A model generated the notes under the pieces. That model ran no database searches, was not told the origin of the DNA, and saw nothing but the letters and a program-made list of their open reading frames with translations. The position numbers and the translations under genes are program-made. DNA of 64,000 bases from Eledone cirrhosa (lineage: Eukaryota), in the NCBI GenBank assembly GCA_964016885.1, contig OZ024762.1, forward strand, positions 18,290,001 through 18,354,000, in the 5' to 3' direction. Every line of letters starts with the position of its first letter. Within the stretch, counting starts at the first letter, position 1. This document shows, in pieces, positions 13,440 through 27,242 of the stretch.

Positions 13440-14350
13440 TCCTCCTCTCCCCTCCAGCCTCATCTTCCACTCCCTCCAGCCTCATCTTCCACTCCCCTCC
13501 AACCTCATCTTCCACTCCCCTCCAACCTCATCTTCCCCTCCGCTCCAACCTCATCTTCCACTCCCCTCCAACCTCATCTTCCACTCCCCTCCAACCTCAT
13601 CCTCCTCTCCCCTCCAACCTCATCTTCCCCTCCGCTCCAACCTCATCTTCCACTCCCCTCCAACCTCATCTTCCCCTCCCCTCCAGCCTCATCTTCCCCT
13701 CCGCTCCAACCTCATCTTCCCCTCCGCTCCAACCTCATCTTCCCCTCCGCTCCAACCTCATCTTCCCCTCCGCTCCAACCTCATCTTCCCCTCCGCTCCA
13801 ACCTCATCTTCCCCTCCGCTCCAACCTCATCTTCCACTCCGCTCCAACCTCATCTTCCCCTCCCCTCCAACCTCATCTTCCCCTCCGCTCCAACCTCATC
13901 TTCCCCTCCGCTCCAACCTCATCTTCCCCTCCGCTCCAACCTCATCTTCCCCTCCGCTCCAACCTCATCTTCCACTCCGCTCCAACCTCATCTTCCCCTC
14001 CCCTCCAACCTCATCTTCCCCTCCGCTCCAACCTCATCTTCCACTCCAACCTCATCTTCCCCTCCGCTCCAACCTCATCTTCCACTCCAACCTCATCTTC
14101 CCCTCCGCTCCAACCTCATCTTCCCCTCCCCTCCAACCTCATCTTCCCCTCCGCTCCAACCTCATCTTCCCCTCCGCTCCAACCTCATCTTCCCCTCCCC
14201 TCCATCCTCATCTTCCACTCCCCTCCACCCTCATCTTCCACTCCCCTCCAACCTCACCCCCCAACCTCATCTTCCACTCCCCTCCAACTTCATCTTCCCC
14301 TCCCCTCCATCCTCATCATCCACTCCAACCTCATCTTCCCCTCCCCCCCA
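13440..14350. repeat. 23-bp C-rich minisatellite ctccaacctcatcttcccctccg
   Basis: Direct reading; explains the 341-aa Pro/Ser ORF. Confidence 0.92.
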
Positions 14351-14707
14351 TCCTCATCATCCTTACACTTTTATAAAACAACAACAAACAACAACACATG
14401 TTAATGGTTCTGTTTGAGTTGTCTAATTATAACATATATTGAAGAGGATAAACAATAGATGGAGATAGATGAGATGGACTGGTCATGGCTGGTCGTGACT
14501 GGACTGGACTGGTCTTGGATGGACTGGTCATGGCTGGTCGTGACTGGTTTTGACTGGACTGGTCTTGGATGGACTGGTCATGGCTGGTCGTGACTGGTTT
14601 TGACTGGACTGGTCTTGGATAGACTGGAACGGACTGCTCTCCGACGAGCTGAGCCGTCTGCATCTCATGATTCCACATCCTACTCAAGTCATTTTATCGT
14701 GTGATCG

Positions 14708-14855
14708 GCATGTGACTCTGAGGCCCCTTACCAGACATTGCTGCATGTTGTTTGGGATTGCCACCTCAGACGTTTTCCCAGTGGCCTGGAGACAATCCAT
14801 AATACTACAAATAATGCCTTAGACTGGCTCACATATCTCGAACTGTCTCTCTCGA
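14708..14855 (+). mobile_element. Ingi/Vingi-like LINE ORF C-terminal zinc-knuckle fragment
   Basis: ACDSEAPYQTLLHVVWDCHLRRFPSGLETIHNTTNNALDWL resembles the remembered CDCG..QT..H....C..R.F.GGL..LH.....A..WL terminus. Confidence 0.55.
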
Positions 14856-15350
14856 ACCATTGTTAGAGAGAGAGATGAAGTAGAGACGTTGTCATATCTT
14901 TGATGGTCCGCCCAACCTTTTTGTTTGGCAAGTTATCTGTGGTTGGATGCTCTTCTTAACACATGTAATGGGTGCTCTTATCGTGTGGATCACCAACACT
15001 GGAGAGGCAGTCATATCTTTGACACAACTTAAGGGTCCTCCCAACCCTTTGGTTTAAATGTAAAAGCCAATCCACCACCCTTTATCATGGATGGGACCAG
15101 TAGGAGAGAGGTTGTCATGTCTTTAACACTGTTGAAGGGTCCTCCAAACCCTTTCATTTAAATGTAAAACAAAAAAACATTAAAATATTCAGAATGTCGT
15201 TATGCAGACATCCAGACATACAGACAGATATTATAAGGGCTCGACGGAGATGGATAACCGGCGCCTAACACCCCTTTAACAACAGAAAATTGAAAAATAA
15301 AAGCTGCAGTTAATATTTTTAGACCGCAAGGAATATATAAATGCAAGTAT

Positions 15351-15684
15351 GGAGGCACATGGCTTAGTGGTTAGAGCATTGGCCTTGCAATCGAAAGGTT
15401 GTGAGTTCAATTCTCAGACCGGGTGATGTGTTGTTTGCTTGAGCAAGACACTTTATTTCACATTGCTCCAGTTTACTCAGCTGTAGAAATGAGATGATAG
15501 GGACTGGGGTCCCTATCATTCCACTGCAAAGTGGACGTGGAGGTGCCACAGCAAAAAAGCACCAAGCACTCACTGTAAATGAGGTTGGTGTTAGGAAGGG
15601 CATCCAGCTGCAGAAATCAAGCCAGAATCAGTTCCCGTCCCACCCTTGCAAGCAGGGAAAAGCAGACGTAAAATGATGATGATG
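15351..15684 (+). mobile_element. SINE-A, full length
   Basis: Same family as 3844-4189. Confidence 0.9.
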
Positions 15685-15789
15685 AAGTTTGAAGTCAATC
15701 GGAGTAGAAATGACGATTTGTATAGATTTTGCAAAAATGAGGACACACACACACAGACAGTTTTATATATATAGATATTATATACATAT

Positions 15790-15975
15790 ATAATTGTTTC
15801 TACTTTTTGGCACAAGGCCAGCAATTACCCCAGTGTATTACTGGTACTTTATTTTATCGACCCCCGTAGGGATGAAAGGCAAAGTTAACCTCGGCGGGAT
15901 TTGAACTCAGACCATAAAGGGCCGTAACTCTTTGCTGCAAAGCATGGCGTCTGACCCTCTACCGATACTGCCAAT
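15790..15975 (-). mobile_element. SINE-B
   Basis: Same family as 948-1388 and 55185-55385. Confidence 0.8.
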
Positions 15976-16004
15976 ACATATAATATATATATTATCTACA
16001 TATA

Positions 16005-16270
16005 TAGTGATGGGAAGCAAGAGGCTGAATTAAGTACAAGAATGGCAGGAGCTGGTGCAGTAATGCGCCAGCTTCGGCATTCAGTAATTAGAAGAAGGGA
16101 GGTAGGCGTAAAAGCCAAACTCGCTGTCTTCAGTTCGATATTCGTGCCAATCCTTGCCTATGGTCTTGAATCTAGGGTAATGATCGAAATAATACGATCG
16201 CAAACACAAGCGGCCGAAATGGGATTCCTCCAAAGGGTTCTGGAGTAATGTTCCTCGATAAAGTGTGTAG
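16005..16270 (+). mobile_element. RTE-clade LINE fragment (post-RT region)
   Basis: RMAGAGAVMRQLRHSVIRRREVGVKAKLAVFSSIFVPILAYGLE...QAAEMGFLQRV. Confidence 0.8.
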
Positions 16271-17335
16271 CTAGATGCCCTTCCTAACACCAACCACATT
16301 TACAGTGTGTGCTGGGTGCTTTTTGTCGTGACACACACCTACATGATCATTTTACAGTGTGGGCTGCTGGATGTTCTTTACAGTGAGGACTGGGCGCCTT
16401 TGTTGTGTCACTGACACAACACGGTGGGGCTTGGGCACTTTTGTCTTGGGAGGATGGAGGGGCTTGAGGGAAAAATGTGAACAGGGTAGTAGAGGGGGGT
16501 ATGGTTACCACTGAGGGAGGGTGAATGAGAAGGGATAGAGGGTTAAGGAAGGTGTTGCCTACTAGGTATAAACCTCGAAAATTAACAAAGTGATGACAAA
16601 ACAACAAACGGAAACAAAGCAAAACGAAAAACAATTTTTTAAGGGGAAAGCTTAAAAAATTAGTTCTTTAAAAATTAAAATACAAACGAAGGACACAGAC
16701 CTCCAGAGACATCGGCCATTGAGATGGACTTTGTCAGTTTAGGCCCCTACCAAAGGTTGGCTGGTCCATCCAGAGTCACAGCATATGACACAAGCCAAAC
16801 GCAGTCCAGTGGAGTAAGAACAGACAAGAGACAGAATTTTATGTAACGTCAGGGAAAAAGTGTGGTGCTTTTTATAGCATGAGAGTTATGAATGAACAAA
16901 GGCAAAAAGGAAGAAAAAGGCAAGAAGAAGAAAGTATGATATCGTGTTTAAAAATGTAAGCCATTGAAATAAATGAGAGAAGAGATAACACATACGTCAC
17001 ATTAGTATTGATAAACTTAAGAAAATTAACAAAGAGATGACAAGACAGTGAAAATATATATATATATATATATATATAACCAAATATACACCCCAACTCA
17101 CTACCTTTACTCCATCCTCCCACTCCCACCAACACCACCCTTTCTCTGTAAAGTTATGTTGGTACCACAACATCCAGTCCAAACTAAAGAGGTCGAGTAG
17201 GTGTCATGACAAAAAAAAGCACCCAGACCACGCTGTAATGTGGTCGAGTAGGAGACACGGTAAAAAGGCTCCCAGTCCACACTGTAAACGTGGTTGCCGT
17301 TAGGAAGGGCATCCAGCCGTAGAAAACCTGCCAGA

Positions 17336-18830
17336 TACAGTCCTATACGAGCAAGACATGGTCTCCCGACCAATCTTGCCTCAAGTGGGACAATTCCCGT
17401 CTAAACCCTTGCTAGCGTGGAAGATAGAAGCTAAACGATGATGATGATGATACAGTCTTATACGAGCAAGACACGGTCTCCCGACCAATCTTGCCTCAAG
17501 TGGGACAATTCCCGTCTAAACCCTTGCTAGCGTGGAAGATAGAAGCTAAATGATGATGATGATGATGATACAGTCATATACGAGCAAGACACGGTCTCCC
17601 GACCAATCGTGCCTCAAGTGGGACAATTCCCGTCTAAACCCTTGCTAGCGTGGAAGATAGAAGCTAAACGATGAAGATGATGATGATGATGCAGTCTTAT
17701 ACGAGCAAGACACGGTCTCCCGACCAATCGTGCCTCAAGTGGGACAATTCCCGTCTAAACCCTTGCTAGCGTGGAAGATAGAAGCTAAACGATGATGATG
17801 ATACAGTCTTATACGAGCAAGACACGGTCTCCCGACCAATCTTGCCTCAAGTGGGACAATTCCCGTCTAAACCCTTGCTAGCGTGGAAGATAGAAGCTAA
17901 ACGATGATGATGATGATGATACAGTCTTATACGAGCAAGACACGGTCTCCCGACCAATCTTGCCTCAAGTGGGACAATTCCCGTCTAAACCCTTGCTAGC
18001 GTGGAAGATAGAAGCTAAACGATGATGATGATGATGATACAGTCTTATACGAGCAAGACACGGTCTCCCGACCAATCTTGCCTCAAGTGGGACAATTCCC
18101 GTCTAAACCCTTGCTAGCGTGGAAGATAGAAGCTAAACGATGATGATGATGATGATACAGTCTCATACGAGCAAGACACGGTCTCCCGACCAATCTTGCC
18201 TCAAGTGGGACAATTCCCGTCTAAACCCTTGCTAGCGTGGAAGATAGAAGCTAAACGATGAAGATGATGATGATGATGCAGTCTTATACGAGCAAGACAC
18301 GGTCTCCCGACCAATCGTGCCTCAAGTGGGACAATTCCCGTCTAAACCCTTGCTAGCGTGGAAGATAGAAGCTAAACGATGATGATGATGATGATACAGT
18401 CTTATACGAGCAAGACACGGTCTCCCGACCAATTCCTGTCTAAACCCTTGCTAGCGTGGAAGATAGAAGCTAAACGATGAAGATGATGATGATGATACAG
18501 TCTTATACGAGCAAGACACGGTCTCCCGACCAATTCCTGTCTAAACCCTTGCTAGCGTGGAAGATAGAAGCTAAACGATGAAGATGATGATGATGATACA
18601 GTCTTATACGAGCAAGACACGGTCTCCCAACCAATCGTGCCTCAAGTGGGACAATTCCCGTCTAAACCCTTGCTAGCGTGGAAGATAGAAGCTAAACGAT
18701 GAAGATGATGATGATGATACAGTCTTATACGAGCAAGACACGGTCTCCCAACCAATCGTGCCTCAAGTGGGACAATTCCCGTCTAAACCCTTGCTAGCGT
18801 GGAAGATAGAAGCTAAACGATGATGATGAT
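17336..18830 (+). repeat. Tandem array of 13 copies of a SINE 3' end including its (GAT)n tail
   Basis: Unit about 100-122 bp, tacagtcttatacgagcaagacacgg...gaagctaaac(gat)n; follows a SINE body at about 17140-17335. Confidence 0.92.
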
Positions 18831-20195
18831 ATATGTACATATTTGTCATCCCCTTTGTTCTCTCACTATACTTCCCATGTATTTAAAAAAAAGACTAATA
18901 CTCATAAATCTTTATTAATTCCTTCACTCCCTCCCAACCTTTTTATTCTGGAAGGAAATATTGATCCTGAGAGAAGGGGTTGGGGGTATTAAGAGGATCT
19001 CTTCCCCCCTTCCCTTCATACTAACACATGCTTGTTGAATATAAAGCTGGGCATCAGTAGTCCCACTGATAATTCATACAAACCCCCTAACCATTTGCGT
19101 GTATATGTGCATTTGAGTATATGTACGCGTGTGCATATGTGCGCGTGTACGTATGTGTATGTGTGCATGTGTGTGTGTATGTGTATAATATATATACAGG
19201 ATGATGGCTAGTGGTTAGGGTGTTGGACTCGATGATAATGTCATGGACTTGATTCATATATATATATATATATATATACATACACACACACACACATACA
19301 TACATATACACACACACACATACATATATATACGTACACACACATACATATTTACGTACACACATACATATATACGCACACACCACATACATATTTACGC
19401 ACACATACACATACATATATACACACATACACATACATATATATACACACACATACACATACATATATACACACACATACACATACATATATACACACAC
19501 ATACACATACATATATACACACACATACACATACATATATACACACACACATACATACACACACACATACATATATACACACACACATACATATATACAC
19601 ACACACATACATATATACACACACACATACATATATACATACACACATACATATATACATACACACATATATATACATACACACATATATATATACATAC
19701 ACACATACATATATACATACACACATACATATATACATACACACATACATATATACATACACACATACATATATACATACACACATACATATATACATAC
19801 ACACATACATATACGTACACACACATACATATATACATACATACACACACAAACACACGCATACATATACACACACACATATATACATACATACAAACAC
19901 ATGCATTTATATGTGTATGTGTGTGTGTGTGTAATCTCTCTATATGTATATATATCCGTAGATGTTGTGCTGTGTCTGCTTGTGTTTAAGCGTAAAACAA
20001 AACGGACAGTAGAACATAAGACAATGAAAAGAGCACGAGTAATGTTGGTGATTTGCGAAGGTCATGGGCAATGTCCCTCCTTTCCCTCGCCCTAATTAAT
20101 AAAATACAACTGAATACAACTGTGAGCTAGAATACACTTCGTATCAGCACTTTACGCTTGCTTTCAGAATGTAAACATTTTAATTGAAATTCCAA

Positions 20196-20305
<110 letters not shown>

Positions 20306-20435
20306 ACAAAGAAAGTGTGGTAAGATACCAGGTGGACCATAACGTGCCAGACAGAGTACTTAGGGTAGTAGAGTGGGTAACAGAATCTAGCTGTCGAAAC
20401 GGCCGGAGCTCAGCCGTCGGGGCCCTGACTCTTTT

Positions 20436-20476
<41 letters not shown>

Positions 20477-20524
20477 ATATTAAATAAATGGAAACTATCT
20501 TTTATAAACCATATAAACCATATT

Positions 20525-20586
20525 TATTCTATTATATATATTTCAAGAGTACCAAAAATTTTGGTACGCTATCATCAGATAAAATA
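20525..20586 (-). ncRNA. Type I hammerhead ribozyme (family A)
   Basis: TATTTTAT CTGATGA TAGCGTACCAAAATTTTTGGTACTCTT GAAA TATATATA ATAGAATA. Confidence 0.8.
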
Positions 20587-20652
20587 CGAAGTGTGTTTTA
20601 TAAATTTTGACATAACCAAGGATAATATACCTTAACGGTTAAAGTTATCCCT

Positions 20653-20714
<62 letters not shown>

Positions 20715-20796
20715 GGATAGAACTAGTTTAAAACTAGTTAGACCATTATTCAACAGAGTACTCGATACTTGGGGTAGTAGAGTATGGAATATGTTA

Positions 20797-20900
20797 TAAA
20801 GAGTCGAGACCCGACGGCTGAGCTCTTGCTATTTCAACAGTTAGTTCAGGAACTAGCTGTTGAAATGGCAAGAGCTCAGCCGATGGGTCACGACTCTTTA
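20797..20900. repeat. Imperfect palindrome of hammerhead 3' halves (family B)
   Basis: Arms of about 51 bp around apex 20848/9; left arm on - reads GAAA TAGC...GCC GTC GGGT. Confidence 0.8.
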
Positions 20901-21299
20901 ATTTACCTTTGTAATTATTATGTATTTTCCATACTTTTCGTAGACTTTATGTTCTCTACTCCTTGTAATTGAAAACACATCCTTTTTTGTGTTTTCTTCT
21001 CTATATACTGTATTACTTATTCCTTGAGCTCATTAACTCCGTTATTTGTTCTTCCATTTAGTACGCAGTTCTCTTTACATGTCAACACAAGAGCAAGAAT
21101 GAAGGGTTCATTCTACTGACATGGCTATAAAAATGAGGCTTGTTTGCATAATTGCAAACGAATCGAATGTTAACCAGTAATACACTGGGATCATTGCTGG
21201 CCTTGTGCCAAAAGTACAAACAATTATTAATATTCGAAAAACTCAGATTACATTTATTGTATTCAGCCATGTAGAGCGAAATTTTTCTTTTTTTATAGG

Positions 21300-21363
<64 letters not shown>

Positions 21364-21580
21364 ATTATATATATATATATATGTGCGTGTGTGTGTGTGT
21401 TTTATTTTTATTATTCAGTTGTATAAATGTCAATACAAATCTTTACAGATGAAAATATAAATACACATTAAAAAAATATAATTACTTATTGCTGGGAACC
21501 TCACAAAAAGGGGGAGGAAAAACGAAAACGACCATCAAATCACCACCAAATGCGACAATCGTCCGCACATTTTAAGGGAC

Positions 21581-21624
<44 letters not shown>

Positions 21625-21848
21625 GGATGTGAAGTGACAGCAGCGACTCTAGATCGGGAGTTTCGTGTTTAGAGAGAGAGGCAGAGAGAGTGTGCGTGTG
21701 TGTGGAAGAGAGAGAGAGAGAGTGTGTGTGTATGGAAGAGAGAGAGAGAGAGAGAGAGTGTGTGTGTGTGGAAGAGAGAGAGAGAGTGTGTGTGTGTGGA
21801 AGAGAGAGAGAGAGTGTGTGTGTATGGAAGAGAGAGAGAGTGTACGTG

Positions 21849-21988
<140 letters not shown>

Positions 21989-22479
21989 TGTGTGTGTGTG
22001 TAAGAGAGAGAGAGAGTGCGTGTGTAAGAGTGTGTAGTGTGTGTGTGTGTGTGTGAAAAAAAAAGAAAAAAAATCATATAAATGCTAGGATTACATAAGT
22101 TATTTATAAAGCCATGGAGAAGTGAGATGTTTCTAGCGAGAACAGACTGAATGTTTGCGATACCATCACATGGCAACCACAACAACAACAACAACAATAA
22201 TAATAATTAATCGTTCTATATTAATTACTTCGTTTTATTCGTCGTCGTCTTCTCCTCCTACCTGTACTTGTACTCTCGCCTTAACAAACCTAGCTTTGAT
22301 TTCTAACTCCTCCCTCTCTCTCTTACACACATATATATAAACACACACACATACATACATACATACATACATACACACACTATTATATATATATAAGAAG
22401 AAGGGATATTTAATTTGTTGGAAATTCAACAAATATAAATGTTTATAACTGATTCAGAGCACTCGACAAGTTTCTGGAG

Positions 22480-22532
<53 letters not shown>

Positions 22533-22688
22533 TTGAGCACTGTACACAATAATTTTCATTAGTGCCAGTAATGTACTGGGGTATTTGCTGGCCTTGTGCC
22601 TAAAGTAGAAACAATTATTATAAATATAATCATATCTAGATGAAGATACATACACATACTATAGGAACAGGTAAAAATGTATGTATGT

Positions 22689-22723
<35 letters not shown>

Positions 22724-22860
22724 TATATGTAAAAGTTCTATTTAAATTGTTGGGATACAACAAGCAAATATTTTTTATAACTGATATAAAGCACTCAACA
22801 AATATTTGGAGTAAAAATACGATATTAACAACTGGAAACTAAATTTATAAAACTATATTT

Positions 22861-22923
22861 ATTTCATTATACATATTTCAAGGACATCAAGTTAAACTAT
22901 GGTGTGCTTTCATCAGATAAAAT
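22861..22923 (-). ncRNA. Type I hammerhead ribozyme (family A), left arm of an inverted pair
   Basis: ATTTTAT CTGATGA AAGCACACCA...TGATGTCCTT GAAA TATGTATA ATGAAAT. Confidence 0.8.
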
Positions 22924-23031
22924 ATAATGTAGAGCAGTTTTATAAATAAATATATCCGGGAGCTTCCAACAGTAATGGTTGCATTCTTTAAGGGTATGTC
23001 AATATATATTTATAAAATTGCTCTATATTAT

Positions 23032-23094
23032 ATTTTATCTGATGAAAGCACACCATAATTTAACTTGGTGTCCTTGAAATATGTATAATGAAAT
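23032..23094 (+). ncRNA. Type I hammerhead ribozyme (family A), right arm of an inverted pair
   Basis: ATTTTAT CTGATGA AAGCACACCA-TAATTTAACT-TGGTGTCCTT GAAA TATGTATA ATGAAAT. Confidence 0.85.
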
Positions 23095-24738
23095 TTGTTA
23101 ATATCGTATATATATATATATATATAATCTTACAACCTATTTAAAATTTAACATTCTTTAAAAATGTGTGTGTGTATTTATGTATGGCTAGGTCTGAAGT
23201 TGCGTATGAATGATTCCATTATGTATATGCGTATGTGTGTGGGTGGGTGTATATATATGTGCGTGTGAGGAGGGAGAGTCAGAACAGATAGTCATCGAGG
23301 AGGTCACAAAATGTGTGACGAAAGAACTTCGACAAACGCATGAATAAAGATAAAGTGAAAATGATATGGTACGTGTGTTTCTATTGGCAATGTCGGCAAC
23401 ATGGCCATCCTCAAATATAACAATATCTGTTTCCACACACGCACGCATGCATGCATGCATGCATGACAGTTGCAACTCGATTTTGAGTAATGACATCGCT
23501 TGATATTTAAGCATGAGCATCACGGACGTGGCTTTTTAGTCCTGCTAGGGACTTGCCTGTGACCAGCAATACCATGCACTCCCCACCCACCCCGCAAAAA
23601 AAAAAATCAATTAATTAAATGTCACATATCAAGCGATACATGTGCTTGAAGCTTCTTTTTTAAGTGAGGAAATGCTTTGCCCGGAGCTAATCCCAGTCTC
23701 TGAACATCGAAGGCATTTACCACCCTCCCAGCCCCCCCAAAAAGAACTGGTCTACAATCATTGGATGCAAACGAAGTCGCAGGTTTTATATCAGAGTGAC
23801 ATTACAGCTGTGTCCAGCTTGGAATAGGTAGATAGGTACCCCTTATCCCTGCGTGTCTTTAGCATTTGTTTGCGTCACATTAACAACGAGTTCCTTTAAA
23901 CAGCTACGTTTCATTATTATTTCGTTAACTTTGCCTTTCATCCTTCCGGGGTCGATAGAATAAAGTACCAGTAATGCATTGGGTAATTGCTGGCCGTGTG
24001 CCAAAAGTAGAAACAATTATTATTTCGTAATAAAGTACCAGTAATGTACTAGGTATATAATTGCTGGCCTTGTGCCAAAAGTAGAAACAATTATTATTTC
24101 GAAATAAAGAAATCATCATTTTAAAATAGAAAACGTAAACAGATTGGTTGAATTTTTTTTTCCCCTTTTGTCGCATTATGAAGACATTGCAATGACGAAG
24201 TAGCCGTTAATTGGTGGCTTCGTTTGCTAGAAATAGCAGCCAAATAACACCTCAAATCACACCACCCTTGTAAAAAGAAAAAAAAAAAAAAAAAAAAAAA
24301 AAAATAGACGATATGATCAAAGCTACTGAAACGACTTTAGTCAAGGCTGACCTGGGGCTAAACAACAACAACAACAGAAGTGAAAAAGTGTCATCTTACA
24401 TCATTCTTAAATCTACCTGTCTCTCTCTCTCTCTTCAAAAATACACCTATGTATTGTAACACTTGCACAAATTAATTGTAAGGCAAATTGTTAAATAGAG
24501 ACGGTTTCATACGAACGACCACACACATTGAGTCCTTTCTTCAAGTTTAATGTTTCTTTAAATCAATATATATATATGTGTGTCCGTCCGTGGTTCAATC
24601 AGGGGGTAACCACAGTAAGTAAGGAACTCAATACATTAATAGAGTGTATACAAACTTTAATATAGAACCGTTACATTCGAAGGGAATGATGTTATTAAGG
24701 CTAAATAGCGAGTCTTGTAACTGGAGTTTCAGACACAT

Positions 24739-24772
<34 letters not shown>

Positions 24773-24814
24773 ATGATATTAAATAAATGGAAACTATATT
24801 TATAAAACCATATT

Positions 24815-24877
24815 TATTTTATATTATATATTTCAAGGGTACCAAAACACTTTGGTACGCTTTCTTCAGATAAAATA
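24815..24877 (-). ncRNA. Type I hammerhead motif (family A), cleavage triplet possibly altered
   Basis: TATTTTAT CTGAAGA AAGCGTACCAAAGTGTTTTGGTACCCTT GAAA TATATAAT ATAAAATA. Confidence 0.7.
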
Positions 24878-25047
24878 CAAAGTTTGTTTTATAAATAGAG
24901 TATGTATATCAGTTGGATATTCTCTTCTACTTATATATATATATAGTAATAATAATAATAGTAATAATAATAAATTTGAAGACTAAAATCCAAAGAGGGC
25001 TCGATAAGGATAAATATATATCAAATATATAAGAACCGTAGAGCAAA

Positions 25048-25144
25048 TATTTATTAAAATAACAGATTAAAGTTTCAGAAGATCCCGTTAAGGGTGAAAG
25101 CAGCGATTCTTTGCTTAAACTTTAATCTGTTATTTTAATAAATA
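25048..25144 (+). ncRNA. Hammerhead motif (core CAGAAGA) with stem I extended to 28 bp
   Basis: ...AGTTT CAGAAGA TCCC-GTTAA-GGGT GAAA GCAG...TTGC TT AAACT...; arms 25048-25075 and 25117-25144 are complementary. Confidence 0.7.
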
Positions 25145-25235
25145 AATATATATATATAACGAAAGAAATGTGGTAAGGAACCAGGTGGACCATAACGCAC
25201 CAAAGTACTCAATACTTAGGGTAGTAGAGTGGGTA

Positions 25236-25341
25236 ATAGGAACGAGTAGGACCCCGACGGCTGAGCTCAAGCCGTTTCGACGGCTAATTCTGGATTAGCC
25301 GTCGAAACGGCTTGAGCTCAGCCGTCAGGGTCCTACTCGTT

Positions 25342-25346
<5 letters not shown>
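25236..25346. repeat. Palindrome of hammerhead 3' halves (family B)
   Basis: 53-bp arms with 1 mismatch and a 5-nt loop; each arm reads TAGCCGTC GAAA CGGCT-TGAGCTC-AGCCG TC. Confidence 0.85.
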
Positions 25347-25376
<30 letters not shown>

Positions 25377-25385
25377 GTAATACAT

Positions 25386-25424
<39 letters not shown>

Positions 25425-25779
25425 GAATGTGGCAGTGACTTTGAAGTTCCAGTTTAATTGCTCTACACAGAGACAAAAGGTGGTCTACAATCAACGTACT
25501 GATTGCAAAGAAACACATTAATGGCGTGCTTAAGAAAAGCAGACGATATTTACAATAGTTGGGAGCAATTGCTTGGGGAATAAAGTTTAACCTTACTATG
25601 GTAGTTTTTTTTTTACACATATTTCTTTACAGTAAACAGGGAAGGTAATTATGGCCCACCCTGTATGGGTGTGTGTATGTGTATGCATATATGGTTGTGT
25701 GTGTATATAGAGAGAGAGATAGATACACATATTCGTATATATATATATGCTACGCACATACAGTCATGTATATACACAC

Positions 25780-25784
25780 ACACT

Positions 25785-25842
<58 letters not shown>

Positions 25843-26000
25843 AACATAGATTAATATATATTCATATATTTACACATACATATATATATTCATATATAAA
25901 TACACATATATATACACATATATATATTCATATACATACACATACATATATATATATACACATACATATATATACATACATATATATACACATACATATA

Positions 26001-26038
<38 letters not shown>

Positions 26039-26048
26039 CACATACATA

Positions 26049-26086
<38 letters not shown>

Positions 26087-27076
26087 CACATACATATATA
26101 TATATATACATACATATATATATACATACATATATATATACATACATATATATACACATACATATATATATATATATATACATACACATACATATATTCA
26201 TATACATACACATACATATATTCATATACATACACATATTCATATACATACACATATTCATATACATACACATACATATATATATATACATACACATATA
26301 TACATACACATACATATATATATATACATACACATACATATATATATATACATACACATACATATATTCATATACATACACATACATATATATATTCATA
26401 TACATACATATATATATTCATATACATACATATATATATTCATATACATATACATACATATATATATTCATATACATACATATATATATTCATATACATA
26501 CACATACATATTCATATACATACATATATATATATATTCATATACATACATATATTCATATATACACATACATATATATATATACACATACATATATATA
26601 TATACACATACATATATTCATATATATATATACACATATTCATATATATATATACACATATTCATATATATATATACACATACATATATTCATATATATA
26701 TATACACATACATATATTCATATATATATATATACATACATATATTCATATATATATATATACACATACATATATTCATATATATATATATACACATACA
26801 TATATTCATATATATATATATACACATACATATATTCATATATATATACACATACATATATTCATATATATATACACATACATATATTCATATATATATA
26901 TATATATACACATAGATATATTCATATATATATATATACACACACACATATATATCTTCACACACGCACACATATACTTATCCACACACATACATATACA
27001 CATATATACACATATACACATATATACATATACACACACATACATATACATACACACACATATGTATATACATACA

Positions 27077-27114
<38 letters not shown>

Positions 27115-27192
27115 CATATATCTTGTAGCTATGTTATATATTCTTATATATATATATATATATTATATATATATATAAACATATAGCTATGC

Positions 27193-27240
<48 letters not shown>
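25780..27240. repeat. (TA/TACA/TTCA)n microsatellite block
   Basis: Direct reading. Confidence 0.95.

Positions 27241-27242
<2 letters not shown>

Noticed and set aside
17336-18830. CRISPR-like regular array
   Set aside because: No unique spacers; the variable part is only (GAT)n length; eukaryotic context and no cas genes
23642-23827. 61-aa ORF in unique sequence
   Set aside because: No recognisable motif or convincing exon boundaries
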